NCBI GenBank assembly: GCA_048268145.1
Contig: JBLWWC010000003.1
Coordinates: 1,522-65,521, forward strand
DNA from: Qipengyuania sp.
GTDB taxonomy: Bacteria; Pseudomonadota; Alphaproteobacteria; Sphingomonadales; Sphingomonadaceae
DNA: 64,000 bases
Direction of reading: 5' to 3'
Below the pieces are notes generated by a model. That model saw nothing but the letters and a program-made list of their open reading frames with translations. It had not been told where the DNA came from and did no database searches. This document shows positions 1-10,211 of this stretch, in pieces. Each line of letters starts with the position of its first letter. Positions within the stretch are counted from its first letter, which is position 1. Made by a program: the position numbers and the translations under genes.

Positions 1-423
1 CGCCTCTCCGGCCCCGAAAGCAAGCATGCCCAGCCGGATCGCCAGCGCCACGACGATGCTGGCAATAAGGGTCAGCAGCCCGGCGATTGCAAAGGTAGCA
101 AGGGCGGGCAGAACCGTGCCGGATGACCGGATCGCCGTGCCGTCATACCGGGCGACCCGCACCGCCTGCCGCCGGAAGCGGGGCTGCTCGAACGTCGCCC
201 TGGTCAGCAACGCCGCAGCCGTACCCATGCCGACGAGTGCAACAATGGCGATGCCCCAGGCTCCGCTGTGGCGGGCGGCGAGTACGACCCCAACCGCCAG
301 CGCAATCCATCCCGCGCCATTAAGCCAGAGCGAACGCGCCGGGCGGCCCCATGACAGGCGCAGCACCACCACGCCCGCAATGGCAAGCGCGTTCGCGAGC
401 CAGATCTGGGCATCTCCCCCCAT
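1..423 (-). CDS. Integral membrane protein, probably iron-uptake accessory; partial, runs off window start
   Basis: Not in ORF track (no stop in window). ATG at 423 overlaps the receptor stop (TGATG); frame MGGDAQIWLANALAIAGVVVLRLSWGRP... stays open to base 1 with several hydrophobic segments. Confidence 0.7.
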   Translation of the reverse strand, partial: MGGDAQIWLANALAIAGVVVLRLSWGRPARSLWLNGAGWIALAVGVVLAARHSGAWGIAIVALVGMGTAAALLTRATFEQPRFRRQAVRVARYDGTAIRSSGTVLPALATFAIAGLLTLIASIVVALAIRLGMLAFGAGEA

Positions 424-2582
424 CAGAACGTGAACGCCAGCGAACCGTTGATGCTGCGGCGTTCACCGGGGAAGCAGTCGCCGCGCACCAGGCAGACGGA
501 GAAGTAATCCTCGTCGGTCACATTGCGCGCGGTCACGCGCAGCTCGAACGGGCCGAAATCGTAACCTGCCGACAGGTCGCCCACGGTACGCCCGTCGACG
601 CGGTAGGTCAGCAGCGAGTTGGTCAGGGCAGAAATGCCATTGCTCTCATTGCCCCCGACATAGCGAATGCCTCCGCCAAGGCTCAATCCGTCCAACGCGC
701 CGGAAAATTCATACAGCGCGAAGAGCGATGCCTGCCAGTCGGAAATCGCCGACAGGGTGAATCCATTGGGATCTTCCGCGTCGAGATAGCTGACATTGCC
801 GTCCAGCCGCAGCCCGCCAACCAGCGCATTGGCCTCCAACTCGACCCCGCGCAGCTTGGAAATGCCTTCCTGCTGCGAATTGGCTCCTGCCAATGCGTTG
901 GGGTTGGGCAGGTTCGAAATCTCGATGTCGAAGGCGGCCAGCGTGACCAGAGCGTTGACCCCGGGCGGCTGCCATTTGACGCCGACTTCGTATTGCCGGC
1001 CTTCCTGCGGCTTCAGCTGCTGGTTGGTCAGCGCATCCAGCCCGACAACCGGCTGGAAGCTCTCGGCATAACTGGCATAGGGCGAAATCCCTGCGGGCCC
1101 GCGATAAAGCAGGCCGAAGCTCAGGCTGGTCGCGCTGTCATCCTGGCGGCTGCCATTCTCCACCCGGTTGACGACGTCGTCGAAGCGCACCCCCGCGGTC
1201 GCCACCAGATTGCCGAGCGTCATCTTGTCGGACAGGTAATAGCCGGTGGAATCGATAAAATTGCGCGGATTGTTGCCTTTGAGCTGTCGCACCTCGTCGA
1301 CCGTCGGGACATTGGCATATTGCGGATCGAATGCGTTGAGCGTGCGGAAATCGAACAGATAGGCAGTGTCGGAATCGGTGAACACGTCCTGATACTGCAC
1401 GCCCGCCAGCACTTCGTGCTCGATCGGGCCGGTGGCGAATTCGCCGCGCACACGCATGTCGAAGGCCATCTGCTCGCTGCGGTTGTCGGCAAGATAGAAG
1501 GTCCAGCCGCCATCGCCATTGGCATCGATGCGCGGCACGCCATTGCCGCGGAAGGAAATCCATGCCTGCCGGTATTCCGCATCCGACGTCATGTAGCGTC
1601 CGATACCTTCCAGGGAGAACGTGGAGCTTAGTTCCTGCTCGAAGATAAGCGAGAGCGCCATGCTCTGCGTATCGTACGCGTTGAAGCCCGGTGCGCCGTG
1701 ATAGACATAGGGATCGATCGCCTGACCCGATGCGTGCGGGAACAGCGTGCCATCGACCGGCAGGAACTGGTGCGCCGTATCGGATTCCTGATCGGAGTAG
1801 TTGCCCAGCACGGTGATCGTCGTGCCCGGGGCAGGCCGCACGGTGAAGGAGGGCGCGATGACGAATTTATTGTCCTTCACCGCGTCGATCTGGGAATCGG
1901 CGTCGCGATAAAGGCCGACCAGGCGGAACTGCGCCCGATCTTCCGCACCCGGCACGGCGATATTGATGTCGCCCGCGACCTGCTTGCGGTCGAAACTGCC
2001 ATATTCCACCCGCAATTCGCCGCCGGTCGTGTCATGCGGGCGCTTGGTGACCACGTTGAGGATGCCGCCCGGTGCGCCTGCGCCATAGAGCACCGATGCC
2101 GGGCCCTTGAGCACCTCCACCTGTTCCAGCGTGTAGATGTCCTGCCGCGTGTTGTTATAATAACCGAACAGATACTGGAGGTTGTCGCGATATTCGGGCG
2201 CGTCCAGCCCGCGCACCTTCACGAAATCGCCGCGCGTCGAAAAGCCGAACGGTTCGGCCGTGACGCCTGCCGTATAGGTCAGCGTATCGTCGAGCGACTG
2301 CGCGCCCTTCTGCTGGAAGTCGCGCTGCGTTTCGATGGAGATGGACCGGGCGGTTTCGACAATCGGCGTGTCCGATTTGGTTGCGCCGAAACCGCCCAGC
2401 CTGCCGGTCACCACGATGGTATTGTCTTCGTCAGGGAGGCCCGCATTCTCTCCCGCGTCACCCTCCGCATCGCCTGCCACGGCCGCAGCAGCCGCCTCGC
2501 TGGCGGAAGTTACTTCTGCGAGCGCAGGGGTAGCACTGACGATGGCCAGAATGGCAGTGGTGGTGGCGAAAACGGTTTTCAT
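423..2582 (-). CDS. TonB-dependent siderophore receptor
   Basis: Signal peptide MKTVFATT..ALA, TonB-box-like NTIVVTG, plug motif ETARSISI..SLDDTL.YTAGV, VEVLKGPASVLYG, C-terminal Phe; start set at 2582 after AGGGA RBS. Confidence 0.93.
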   Translation of the reverse strand: MKTVFATTTAILAIVSATPALAEVTSASEAAAAAVAGDAEGDAGENAGLPDEDNTIVVTGRLGGFGATKSDTPIVETARSISIETQRDFQQKGAQSLDDTLTYTAGVTAEPFGFSTRGDFVKVRGLDAPEYRDNLQYLFGYYNNTRQDIYTLEQVEVLKGPASVLYGAGAPGGILNVVTKRPHDTTGGELRVEYGSFDRKQVAGDINIAVPGAEDRAQFRLVGLYRDADSQIDAVKDNKFVIAPSFTVRPAPGTTITVLGNYSDQESDTAHQFLPVDGTLFPHASGQAIDPYVYHGAPGFNAYDTQSMALSLIFEQELSSTFSLEGIGRYMTSDAEYRQAWISFRGNGVPRIDANGDGGWTFYLADNRSEQMAFDMRVRGEFATGPIEHEVLAGVQYQDVFTDSDTAYLFDFRTLNAFDPQYANVPTVDEVRQLKGNNPRNFIDSTGYYLSDKMTLGNLVATAGVRFDDVVNRVENGSRQDDSATSLSFGLLYRGPAGISPYASYAESFQPVVGLDALTNQQLKPQEGRQYEVGVKWQPPGVNALVTLAAFDIEISNLPNPNALAGANSQQEGISKLRGVELEANALVGGLRLDGNVSYLDAEDPNGFTLSAISDWQASLFALYEFSGALDGLSLGGGIRYVGGNESNGISALTNSLLTYRVDGRTVGDLSAGYDFGPFELRVTARNVTDEDYFSVCLVRGDCFPGERRSINGSLAFTF

Positions 2583-2621
2583 CGACGAATCCCTCATGTC
2601 GAGTATTGGTGTGCGCAGCCC

Positions 2622-2646
2622 GATAATGAGAGTCATTCGCATTATC
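2622..2646. promoter_or_regulatory. Fur box (extended, two overlapping sites)
   Basis: GATAATGAGAGTCATTCGCATTATC with GATAATG/CATTATC inverted ends, close to GATAATGATAATCATTATC, 40 bp upstream of the receptor start. Confidence 0.85.
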
Positions 2647-2774
2647 AAGTGAAGTCTCGCGATTGTGGGGATTGAGGGTGTGCTGCCATTGGGCAGCGAC
2701 GCGCCCGGATCTGTCAAGGCGCTCAGTCTACGATAGGAAAACGCCGCTTCGGGCAGAGCTTGGAAAAGCGGCGA

Positions 2775-3722
2775 TCAGCCAGTTTTTGCGGGGCGACGAC
2801 GCACCACGCCTTCTTGAGCCACGCTCGCGATCAAACGACCTTCACGGTCGAAAATGCGGCCGTGGTTCATCCCGCGTCCGCCGCCGCTCCACGGGCTTTG
2901 CGTGGCGTAAAGCAGCCATTCGTCCGCGCGCGCAGGTTTACCGCCCGCGCCGTGAAACCACAGGGCATGATCGAGGCTCGCCCCGTTCAATTCGCCGCGC
3001 ATCCATGACAATCCGTGTGGCAGGGCGCTTGTACCCAGCAAAGTGTAGTCGCTGGCATAGGCGATGACCGCGCGGTGGATCGCCGGATTTTCTTCCACCG
3101 GGGGCAGGGCGGCGACCGCGCGGAACCAGCTATGGGCTTTGGCTTCCTTGGGTTCGGTGTTCATCCAGTGCAGCCGGTCGCTGGTGCGCATCTCGATGGG
3201 GCGCGGGCGCAGCATCAGTGCGCGCTGCGCTTCGCTGACATGCTCAACCTCGTCGAGGAAGCGGCGGCGCTGCTCCATATCTCCGGGAAGGCCTTCGGGC
3301 CCGGGAACCTGCGGCATCGTCGCCTCGAGATGCTCGAGCCCTTCTTCGGGTGTCTGGAAACTGGCGGTGAGGTTGAGGATCGGCGTGCGCGTGCCGTCAT
3401 CATTGTCCTGGCTGGCGACCACGCGCCGGTTGGCGAAGCTGCGCCCGTCGAAATCGGCTTCGACGCGGTAGTGGATCGGCATGCCTTCCCTGCCGCCACG
3501 CAGGAAATAGGCGTGAAGCGAATGCGCCTGCTTTTGCGCCGGAACGGTCGCCTGCGCGGCCTGCAATGCCTGCGCAATCACCTGGCCGCCAAAGACCCGC
3601 CCGATGCCGCCGGGCTGTTGCTTGCCGATGAATTGCATGTCGTCGACCTGGTCGACGGTGAGGAGGGAAATGAGCCCGGCAACGAGGCTTTCGGGCGTTT
3701 TGTTGTCTGGCTCGTCAATCAC
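2775..3722 (-). CDS. tesB: Acyl-CoA thioesterase II
   Basis: RVFGGQVIAQAL, HSLHAYFLR, DGRSFANRRV, AYASDYTLL, ASLDHALWFH motifs; start (GTG 3722) estimated. Confidence 0.9.
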   Translation of the reverse strand: MIDEPDNKTPESLVAGLISLLTVDQVDDMQFIGKQQPGGIGRVFGGQVIAQALQAAQATVPAQKQAHSLHAYFLRGGREGMPIHYRVEADFDGRSFANRRVVASQDNDDGTRTPILNLTASFQTPEEGLEHLEATMPQVPGPEGLPGDMEQRRRFLDEVEHVSEAQRALMLRPRPIEMRTSDRLHWMNTEPKEAKAHSWFRAVAALPPVEENPAIHRAVIAYASDYTLLGTSALPHGLSWMRGELNGASLDHALWFHGAGGKPARADEWLLYATQSPWSGGGRGMNHGRIFDREGRLIASVAQEGVVRRRPAKTG

Positions 3723-3813
3723 GAACGGGTGTTTGCTCAGCCGGTCATTTCCCGTCAAGCGCGCGCGCGGTGCGACTGGCGGATTGGATAGCGAGCCCGT
3801 GTGCCGGCAATGC

Positions 3814-4827
3814 CTAGCTGTTGCCCGGTGCGCGTTCCCAGACGGGTTTGGCCAGCATCGCGACGAGCGGATTGGCGACAAACAGCAGGTCGATCATCTC
3901 CGGGCCTTCATGGGCGCCCATTTCACTCTTGTAGCCGGCATCGCCAAGGCCCCAGTCGATCCGCTCGATCCCGCGCGTATGGGCGGCCTCGAAATCCGCA
4001 TAGAGAAGCACCCGCCCGGGGCTGTGCTTGTTGAAATTGCGGTCGAAATTGTTGGCGATGCAATAGCGCGTGGTCCCGCAATCCAGCCCGAAAGTGAAGG
4101 CCACCGGGGTTTCGCCCACATACATGATCATGCCCCGGATCATGTCGCCGATGACCGGGTCCTGCGCCACCTCTTCCCAATAGCGGCGCATGGCGGGATC
4201 GTGGAACTTGGTGTCGCCGCCACTGGCAAGCTGGCCGACCCAGGAATTGCCCTCGATTGCGGCGATGGCGTCGCGATCGCCAGCGCTCCAGTTCTTACCC
4301 GTGAACCGGCGTATCGCGACCGGCCCGGTCTTGGCCATTTGCCGCACGCGCCAGCGATCCTTCTGCGCGCCGCGGGCCGAGGGCCAGTTCCCGCGGGCCT
4401 TCAAAGCGGCAAGATCGACGATGAAGGACTGGCCGACCGGGCGGCTGAGCACGCGCCAGCCGCCAAGTCGCGCCGCTTCCCGCAGGCGAGCGATTTGACC
4501 GTCATTCCCGATCACCGGGCCGAGGCGGAAAACGCTGCCGAGCTTGCGGCGCGCACTGCGCATCGCATCGGCCAGCGCAGCCGGTGTCGCGGTGGGGGCG
4601 ATCGGGACCCCGCGAAAGGGCCAGTATGCCCCGCCGATTTCGTGGAGACGAAACGGCCCCTTGCGCCGTTCGGCCAGTGCAAGGGCGGCCAGCGGCTCCC
4701 CATCCCCGGCGCGAGGCACGCAGTGTCGCGTATCGCCGAACCAGCGTGCGCGCAGGAAGGCTCGCGCATCATCGCCTGCGGCGGCAAGTGCGTCGAACGC
4801 GGCGCTGTCGGAAAGCGGGGCAGGCAT
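3814..4827 (-). CDS. GNAT-fold acyltransferase, CelD/BcsL (Acetyltransf_6)-like
   Basis: C-terminal FDRNFNKHSPGRVLL...IERIDWGLGDAGYK signature; start MPAPLSD 20 nt after JmjC gene stop. Confidence 0.8.
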   Translation of the reverse strand: MPAPLSDSAAFDALAAAGDDARAFLRARWFGDTRHCVPRAGDGEPLAALALAERRKGPFRLHEIGGAYWPFRGVPIAPTATPAALADAMRSARRKLGSVFRLGPVIGNDGQIARLREAARLGGWRVLSRPVGQSFIVDLAALKARGNWPSARGAQKDRWRVRQMAKTGPVAIRRFTGKNWSAGDRDAIAAIEGNSWVGQLASGGDTKFHDPAMRRYWEEVAQDPVIGDMIRGMIMYVGETPVAFTFGLDCGTTRYCIANNFDRNFNKHSPGRVLLYADFEAAHTRGIERIDWGLGDAGYKSEMGAHEGPEMIDLLFVANPLVAMLAKPVWERAPGNS

Positions 4828-4846
4828 ATCGTTTCGGCGTGCTTCG

Positions 4847-5737
4847 TTACCGCTGGCGGCGATCGAGCACGAGACGGCGATAGGCGCGCCAGCAGGCCGA
4901 TTTCGCCCAATTGCCTTGCGGCCAGCGGCGCGGCGGGCGGGGCGACAGGCCGAGTTTGCGCACCGTGCCATTGAAGCATCGCGCACCGGCTTCGTCATAA
5001 CTCCAGTCACTGCGCCAGGTGATCGACAAGGAGATGGAGCTTTCCGGCCCGTTGCGGACGAAATGCGGGGCCATCACCGGCACGAAGACTGCCTCGCCCG
5101 GCCCGATGGCATATTCGGTTCCAAACGCCATCAGATCGTCGTGCCACGGCAATTCGCGCGGGCCGCCCAAATGATAGCTTTCATGCACGATGTCGGGCGC
5201 AAAGCGGCTGTCCCCGGCGGGAAACTGGGTCATCACCTTGCTGCCCTTCAATTGCAGCAAGATGTTGTGCTCCGGGTCGAAATGGTAGGGCGTGACCGCA
5301 TTCGGGCTCGAAATGAACAGGAAGCCCTGCGGGGTCAGCATCGCTCCGGTTTTCGGTTCGATGGCAGGGCGTATCTCGTCCAGCAGCGCGTGCAGCAGAT
5401 CGCGATAGTGATCGACCTGTTCGATGTTCTTGAGCACCGCCCAGCTATTGCTGGTCGCGATGTGGCGGATGGTGTCGCCAATGGACATGCCGGTGGAGCC
5501 GGGCTTGCCATCGACGCCGACGGGCAGATCGCCGCGATTGTACTCCATTGAACTCTCGGGCAACCGTTCGGCCAGATCTGCCAGCGCATCGAGGTCGAGC
5601 CGCTCATCGCGCTCAAGCCGGTGGTGGAGGACATGCGGTGTTTCCGGGTAAGCTGCGGCAAAGCGCGCGCGCGCTTCGGCGGGAAAAACCTCGCCCTGCG
5701 GCGCCACCGTGGCAAGTGAGGGATCGTGGGCGGTCAT
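4847..5737 (-). CDS. JmjC/cupin-like Fe(II)/2-oxoglutarate oxygenase
   Basis: TPYHFDPEHNILLQLKGSK (HxD plus Lys) and GEAVFVPVMAPHFVRN (distal His); ATGA overlap with upstream GNAT. Confidence 0.8.
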   Translation of the reverse strand: MTAHDPSLATVAPQGEVFPAEARARFAAAYPETPHVLHHRLERDERLDLDALADLAERLPESSMEYNRGDLPVGVDGKPGSTGMSIGDTIRHIATSNSWAVLKNIEQVDHYRDLLHALLDEIRPAIEPKTGAMLTPQGFLFISSPNAVTPYHFDPEHNILLQLKGSKVMTQFPAGDSRFAPDIVHESYHLGGPRELPWHDDLMAFGTEYAIGPGEAVFVPVMAPHFVRNGPESSISLSITWRSDWSYDEAGARCFNGTVRKLGLSPRPPRRWPQGNWAKSACWRAYRRLVLDRRQR

Positions 5738-6909
5738 GCGCGTTTCTCCGAACGGTGAACCTCGGTGGCGGTCAGGGCCGCGCCGATCGTGCGTCGGACC
5801 ATACCGCCAATGGCAACCGAAACCTTCACGATTTCGCGCCGGTCGAGCCAGATATGGTCGATCATCGGGTGGCCGGGCGCAGCGCAGCTATCGGACAGGA
5901 CGATGTCGGCGCGCTCAAGCAGAGCGAGGTTTTCGACCTGCAACAGCACACCGGGCGACAGCTTCGCCAGGCTTTCGTCGTAAGTCGTCTTGAAGGCGAA
6001 GCTGAGCGGCGGGGCGATGAAATTGCACAGCATCGCAATCGGCCTGCCATCGAGGTGGAAGGCCAGCCGTTCCAGCCGGTTGTCGCGCGCGGCCCCGGCA
6101 AGGCTTTCGCGGAACATCGCGGTGGTCGCCGGTGCACAGCCGAGGGCAGAGCCTTGCGAACCCTTCCAGCCGGCAGCCTCAAGAGCGAGGAAATCGTCAA
6201 CCCATTCGTCCAGCCCCGCATTGTCGTTCTGGCGGGTAAAGCGCAGTTCACCGAGCTCTTCGAGCCGTCGGCGCTTGCGGGCAAGTTCCTTGCGGCGTTT
6301 GCGTTCGAGACAGCGCTGGAGGTGCTCGTCCGGGGTTGGGCCGCTGAGCAGCGCGGCGCGCTGCTCGCTGGCGACGACGCGCATGGGGCGATTGGCCCGG
6401 GCGCATACCGCACGCAGGGCCGGAAGCGAAGCACCATCGGCTGGCAGGGCGGGCAAATGGGTGAACAGGCTGGCGCGTTCATGCGTGTCGCACCATTCGA
6501 GCAGTGCGCTCCAGAAACGTTCGGCATGGCCGGGCGCGATCAGAGGCTCGCCGCAGAAGAGGTTGGGATGCGACCATCCGGCTAGGTGGGGCAGGCGGTG
6601 GCCGTGATAGCGGACACTGCGCCACAGCGGCATGAGTGCGACCAGTCGGCCATCTTCCACTAGTGTGGCGAGGCGAACCCGCCGACCAGTATCGAATTGC
6701 TCGAGCGAGGGGGCGAGAAACCAGCGCTCGAAAAACGGGTTGGGCATCTCGGCAGCGCGGGCGAGTGCGTCCCACGCGGCGTCGAAGCCCGGGCCGACGA
6801 CATCCGCCCAGGGCAGCGCAGAAAAGCCATCTTCGGCGAAGACGTGCGTTCGCATGCCTGCTTGCGCAGACACCCATTCGGGCGCGACCAGATCATCTAT
6901 ACGCGTCAC
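5734..6909 (-). CDS. GNAT-fold acyltransferase, CelD/BcsL (Acetyltransf_6)-like
   Basis: WDALARAAEMPNPFFERWF, FLALEAAGWKG, FKTTYDESLAKLSPGVLL motifs. Confidence 0.85.
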   Translation of the reverse strand: MTRIDDLVAPEWVSAQAGMRTHVFAEDGFSALPWADVVGPGFDAAWDALARAAEMPNPFFERWFLAPSLEQFDTGRRVRLATLVEDGRLVALMPLWRSVRYHGHRLPHLAGWSHPNLFCGEPLIAPGHAERFWSALLEWCDTHERASLFTHLPALPADGASLPALRAVCARANRPMRVVASEQRAALLSGPTPDEHLQRCLERKRRKELARKRRRLEELGELRFTRQNDNAGLDEWVDDFLALEAAGWKGSQGSALGCAPATTAMFRESLAGAARDNRLERLAFHLDGRPIAMLCNFIAPPLSFAFKTTYDESLAKLSPGVLLQVENLALLERADIVLSDSCAAPGHPMIDHIWLDRREIVKVSVAIGGMVRRTIGAALTATEVHRSEKRA

Positions 6910-6976
6910 GATATTCCTCGCCGTTTCGCAGGCGTCATAGGGTAAATGCGCTTAAACCCCGTTAACGCGGACGAAG

Positions 6977-7014
6977 AAAAAGGGCGGCGACACTGCGCGT
7001 GCCGCCGCCCCTTT
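6977..7014 (-). terminator. Intrinsic terminator of hppA
   Basis: AAAGGGCGGCG...CGCCGCCCCTTT stem, followed by a T-run on the minus strand just after the hppA stop. Confidence 0.65.
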
Positions 7015-7035
7015 CGCAGCAGATGATGGTAAAGA

Positions 7036-9189
7036 TCAGCCCGCCGCAAGCGCCGCCAGCAGCAGCAGCGCGACGATATTGGTAATCTTGATCATCGGAT
7101 TTACCGCCGGGCCTGCGGTGTCCTTGTAAGGATCGCCGACGGTGTCGCCCGTCACGGCTGCCTTGTGGGCTTCGGAGCCCTTGCCGCCGTGATTGCCGTC
7201 TTCGATATACTTCTTGGCATTGTCCCACGCACCGCCGCCAGCGGTCATGGACAGCGCCACGAAGATACCTCCGACGATCACGCCGAGCAGCAATGCACCG
7301 AGCGCGGCAAAGCCGTTCTCCTGCCCTGCGATCAGCGTGATGACGTAATAGACCACGATGGGCGCGAGCACCGGCAGCATCGAGGGGATGATCATCTCCT
7401 TGATCGCGGCCTTGGTCACCAGGTCCACCGTCTTGGCGTAGTTCGGCTTGCTGGTCCCGGCCATGATGCCCGGATCGGCAGCGAACTGCTCGCGCACATC
7501 GACGACCACGTCGCCCGCCGCGCGGCCCACGGCAGTCATGCCCATCGCACCGAACAGGTAAGGGAGCAGCGCGCCAAGCAGCAGCCCGACGATGACGTAG
7601 GGATTTTCAAGGCTGAAATCGACGTCCGCATTCGGGAAGAACTCTGCCAAATCGGTGGTGTAGGCAGCGAACAGCACCAGCGCGGCAAGGCCCGCCGATC
7701 CGATCGCATAACCCTTGGTCACCGCCTTGGTCGTGTTGCCCACTGCATCGAGCAGGTCGGTTTTCTCCCGCACGCTGTCGTCGAGGCCGGCCATTTCGGC
7801 GATGCCGCCGGCATTGTCCGTCACCGGACCATAGGCGTCCAAGGCCACGACCATGCCCGCCAGCGCCAGCATGGCGGTGGCCGCATAGGCGATGCCCATG
7901 AGGCCTGCGAGCTGGAAGGTGGCGATGATGCCCGCCACGATCAGGATCGTCGGCAGTGCGGTCGATTCCAGGCTGATGGCGAGGCCCTGGATCACATTCG
8001 TGCCGTGGCCCGTTTCCGAAGCCTTGGCGATGGACTTCACCGGGCGATAATTCGTGCCGGTGTAGTATTCGGTGATCCAGATGATGAGGCCGGTGATGGC
8101 AAGGCCGATCAGCGAGCAATAGAACAGCGCCCAGCCGGTGAAGCTGCGGACCTGTTCCGATGTGCCTTCCTCTGCCAGCGGAGCGCCCGGATCGACGCCC
8201 ACCGGCGCACCGCCGATGACCGTGTCCATGCCGCCCAGCGCGACGTTGATGACCATCCAGATCAGCGGGATGGAAAGCAGCGCGGTGACGAGGAAACCCT
8301 TGTACATCGCGCCCATCACATTCGTGCCGCCCTTGCCGAGCTTCACGAAATAGGTCCCGATAATGCTGGTCAGGATGCACGCTCCGCCGATCAGCAGCGG
8401 CAGCGCCATCATCGGCATCAGCAGATCGCCAAGCCCTTTGAGCAGCAATGCGGTCAGCACCATCGTTGCGCCCACGGTCACGACATAGGTTTCGAACAGG
8501 TCGGCGGCCATGCCTGCACAGTCGCCGACATTGTCGCCCACATTGTCCGCGATGACGGCGGGGTTGCGCGGATCGTCTTCGGGGATTCCAGCCTCGACCT
8601 TGCCGACGAGGTCGGCGCCGACATCGGCGGCCTTGGTGAAGATACCGCCGCCCAGACGTGCGAAGATGGAAATCAGCGACGCACCGAAAGCGAGGCCGAC
8701 GAGCCCGTCGATCACCTCGCGGCTGTTCGCGGCATGTCCGGCGGGGCCGACAAGATACCAGAAGAACACCGCAATCGCTAGGAGGGCAAGGCCCGCCACC
8801 AGCATGCCGGTGATGGCGCCTGCGCGAAAGGCGAGGGTCAGGCCCTGCTGCAACCCGCTCTGCGCGGCGGCGGCGGTGCGTACGTTCGACCGCACCGAGA
8901 TGTTCATCCCGATAAAGCCAGCAACGCCCGACAGGATCGCGCCGATCACGAAACCGATGGCCGGGATCGCGCCGAGGAAAAACAGCACCAGCCCAGCCAC
9001 GACCACGCCGACGAAGGCGATGGTGGTGTATTGCCGCTTCAGATAGGCCTGCGCGCCTTCCTGAATGGCTCCGGCGATTTCCTGCATGCGTTCATTGCCG
9101 GCGCCGCTGCCCAGCACCTGGCGACTGGTGACGAAGCCGTACACGACGGCCAGCAATCCCAGCACAATGGATATGAGAACTAAGTCCAC
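7036..9189 (-). CDS. hppA: Membrane-bound H+-translocating pyrophosphatase, K+-independent type
   Basis: [29 protein letters not shown] motifs; GNTTKA (Lys) marks K+-independent enzymes; polytopic membrane protein. Confidence 0.95.
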   Translation of the reverse strand: MDLVLISIVLGLLAVVYGFVTSRQVLGSGAGNERMQEIAGAIQEGAQAYLKRQYTTIAFVGVVVAGLVLFFLGAIPAIGFVIGAILSGVAGFIGMNISVRSNVRTAAAAQSGLQQGLTLAFRAGAITGMLVAGLALLAIAVFFWYLVGPAGHAANSREVIDGLVGLAFGASLISIFARLGGGIFTKAADVGADLVGKVEAGIPEDDPRNPAVIADNVGDNVGDCAGMAADLFETYVVTVGATMVLTALLLKGLGDLLMPMMALPLLIGGACILTSIIGTYFVKLGKGGTNVMGAMYKGFLVTALLSIPLIWMVINVALGGMDTVIGGAPVGVDPGAPLAEEGTSEQVRSFTGWALFYCSLIGLAITGLIIWITEYYTGTNYRPVKSIAKASETGHGTNVIQGLAISLESTALPTILIVAGIIATFQLAGLMGIAYAATAMLALAGMVVALDAYGPVTDNAGGIAEMAGLDDSVREKTDLLDAVGNTTKAVTKGYAIGSAGLAALVLFAAYTTDLAEFFPNADVDFSLENPYVIVGLLLGALLPYLFGAMGMTAVGRAAGDVVVDVREQFAADPGIMAGTSKPNYAKTVDLVTKAAIKEMIIPSMLPVLAPIVVYYVITLIAGQENGFAALGALLLGVIVGGIFVALSMTAGGGAWDNAKKYIEDGNHGGKGSEAHKAAVTGDTVGDPYKDTAGPAVNPMIKITNIVALLLLAALAAG

Positions 9190-9339
9190 GAAGTTTCCCC
9201 CTCCCGTTTATATTGTGTTTTGCGTTTGCGGCGCGGGAAACGCCGAAACATAAACGAAAGGTATACGGGGCATTCGAGGGCTGACAAGGCCGAAAGACGC
9301 AATGGCCCCGTGCATCTCGACTGGCCACGGCGCAGATGT

Positions 9340-10200
9340 TCAGTGGCTATAGCCAAGCCCGTCTTCGGATGAGAGGACCTCATCGTCGAGCTGCAAGGCG
9401 GCAGGCCCCTCTATTACCTGTCCGATGCGATGCGCGGGCACGGGTAGGGTGCGGTCGGCAGGGACGGTGAAGAGCAGCTGGTAATCGTCACCCCAGCGCA
9501 TACAATCCGCCGGACGTGTGGGATCGGCTACCGGGATCGGGGCGCTTTCGAGGACGAAGCGCACACCGCTTGCCCGTGCCATGCGCCAGCAATCGAGCAG
9601 CAGCCCGTCGGAGATATCCATCATCGCGCTGACATGCGGGGCAAGTGCCTGCCCCTCGGCCAGCAGCGGGCGCGGGCGGCGATAGGCGAGATCGTTCGCG
9701 CTTGCGCTGCCGCGTTCATCCATGCCAAGCATGGCGCGGCCGAGCTCCCCGGTGACATAGACCGCATCGCCCGGCCTTGCACCGCGCCGGTCCGGCACAG
9801 GTGCATGGGTTGCCTTGCCAATGGCAGTGCAGCCCCACACCCGTCGACCCTCGGCGCGCACGGTATCTCCGCCGAGCAGTGCCACATCGTAGGTTTCCAG
9901 GATTTCGCGCAGGCCCTCGACGAACCGGTCGTCACCCTCGCCAAGCATATGCGACACCAGCACACCCAGCGGCTTCGCGCCCTTGGCGGCAAGGTCTGAC
10001 AGGTTCACCGCGACCAGTTTCCAGGCGATGTCGGCCAGGTCTTCGTCCTCGCGGATGTGGACGCCTTGAATGATTGTATCGTGGGTGAGGACGAGGGTTT
10101 CATCCCCCAGGTCGAGCACCGCGGCATCGTCCTCGAGGCCGCGAGCAGAGGTGCTGGTCGCCAGCGCCTTCAGCGCATGGATGAAATCCAGTTCCGCCAT
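9340..10200 (-). CDS. thiL: Thiamine-monophosphate kinase
   Basis: GLEDDAAV, AVNLSDLAAKGAKP, LLGGDTV, AMMDISDGL, GDDYQLLFT. Confidence 0.93.
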   Translation of the reverse strand: MAELDFIHALKALATSTSARGLEDDAAVLDLGDETLVLTHDTIIQGVHIREDEDLADIAWKLVAVNLSDLAAKGAKPLGVLVSHMLGEGDDRFVEGLREILETYDVALLGGDTVRAEGRRVWGCTAIGKATHAPVPDRRGARPGDAVYVTGELGRAMLGMDERGSASANDLAYRRPRPLLAEGQALAPHVSAMMDISDGLLLDCWRMARASGVRFVLESAPIPVADPTRPADCMRWGDDYQLLFTVPADRTLPVPAHRIGQVIEGPAALQLDDEVLSSEDGLGYSH

Positions 10201-10211
10201 CACACCGCCCC

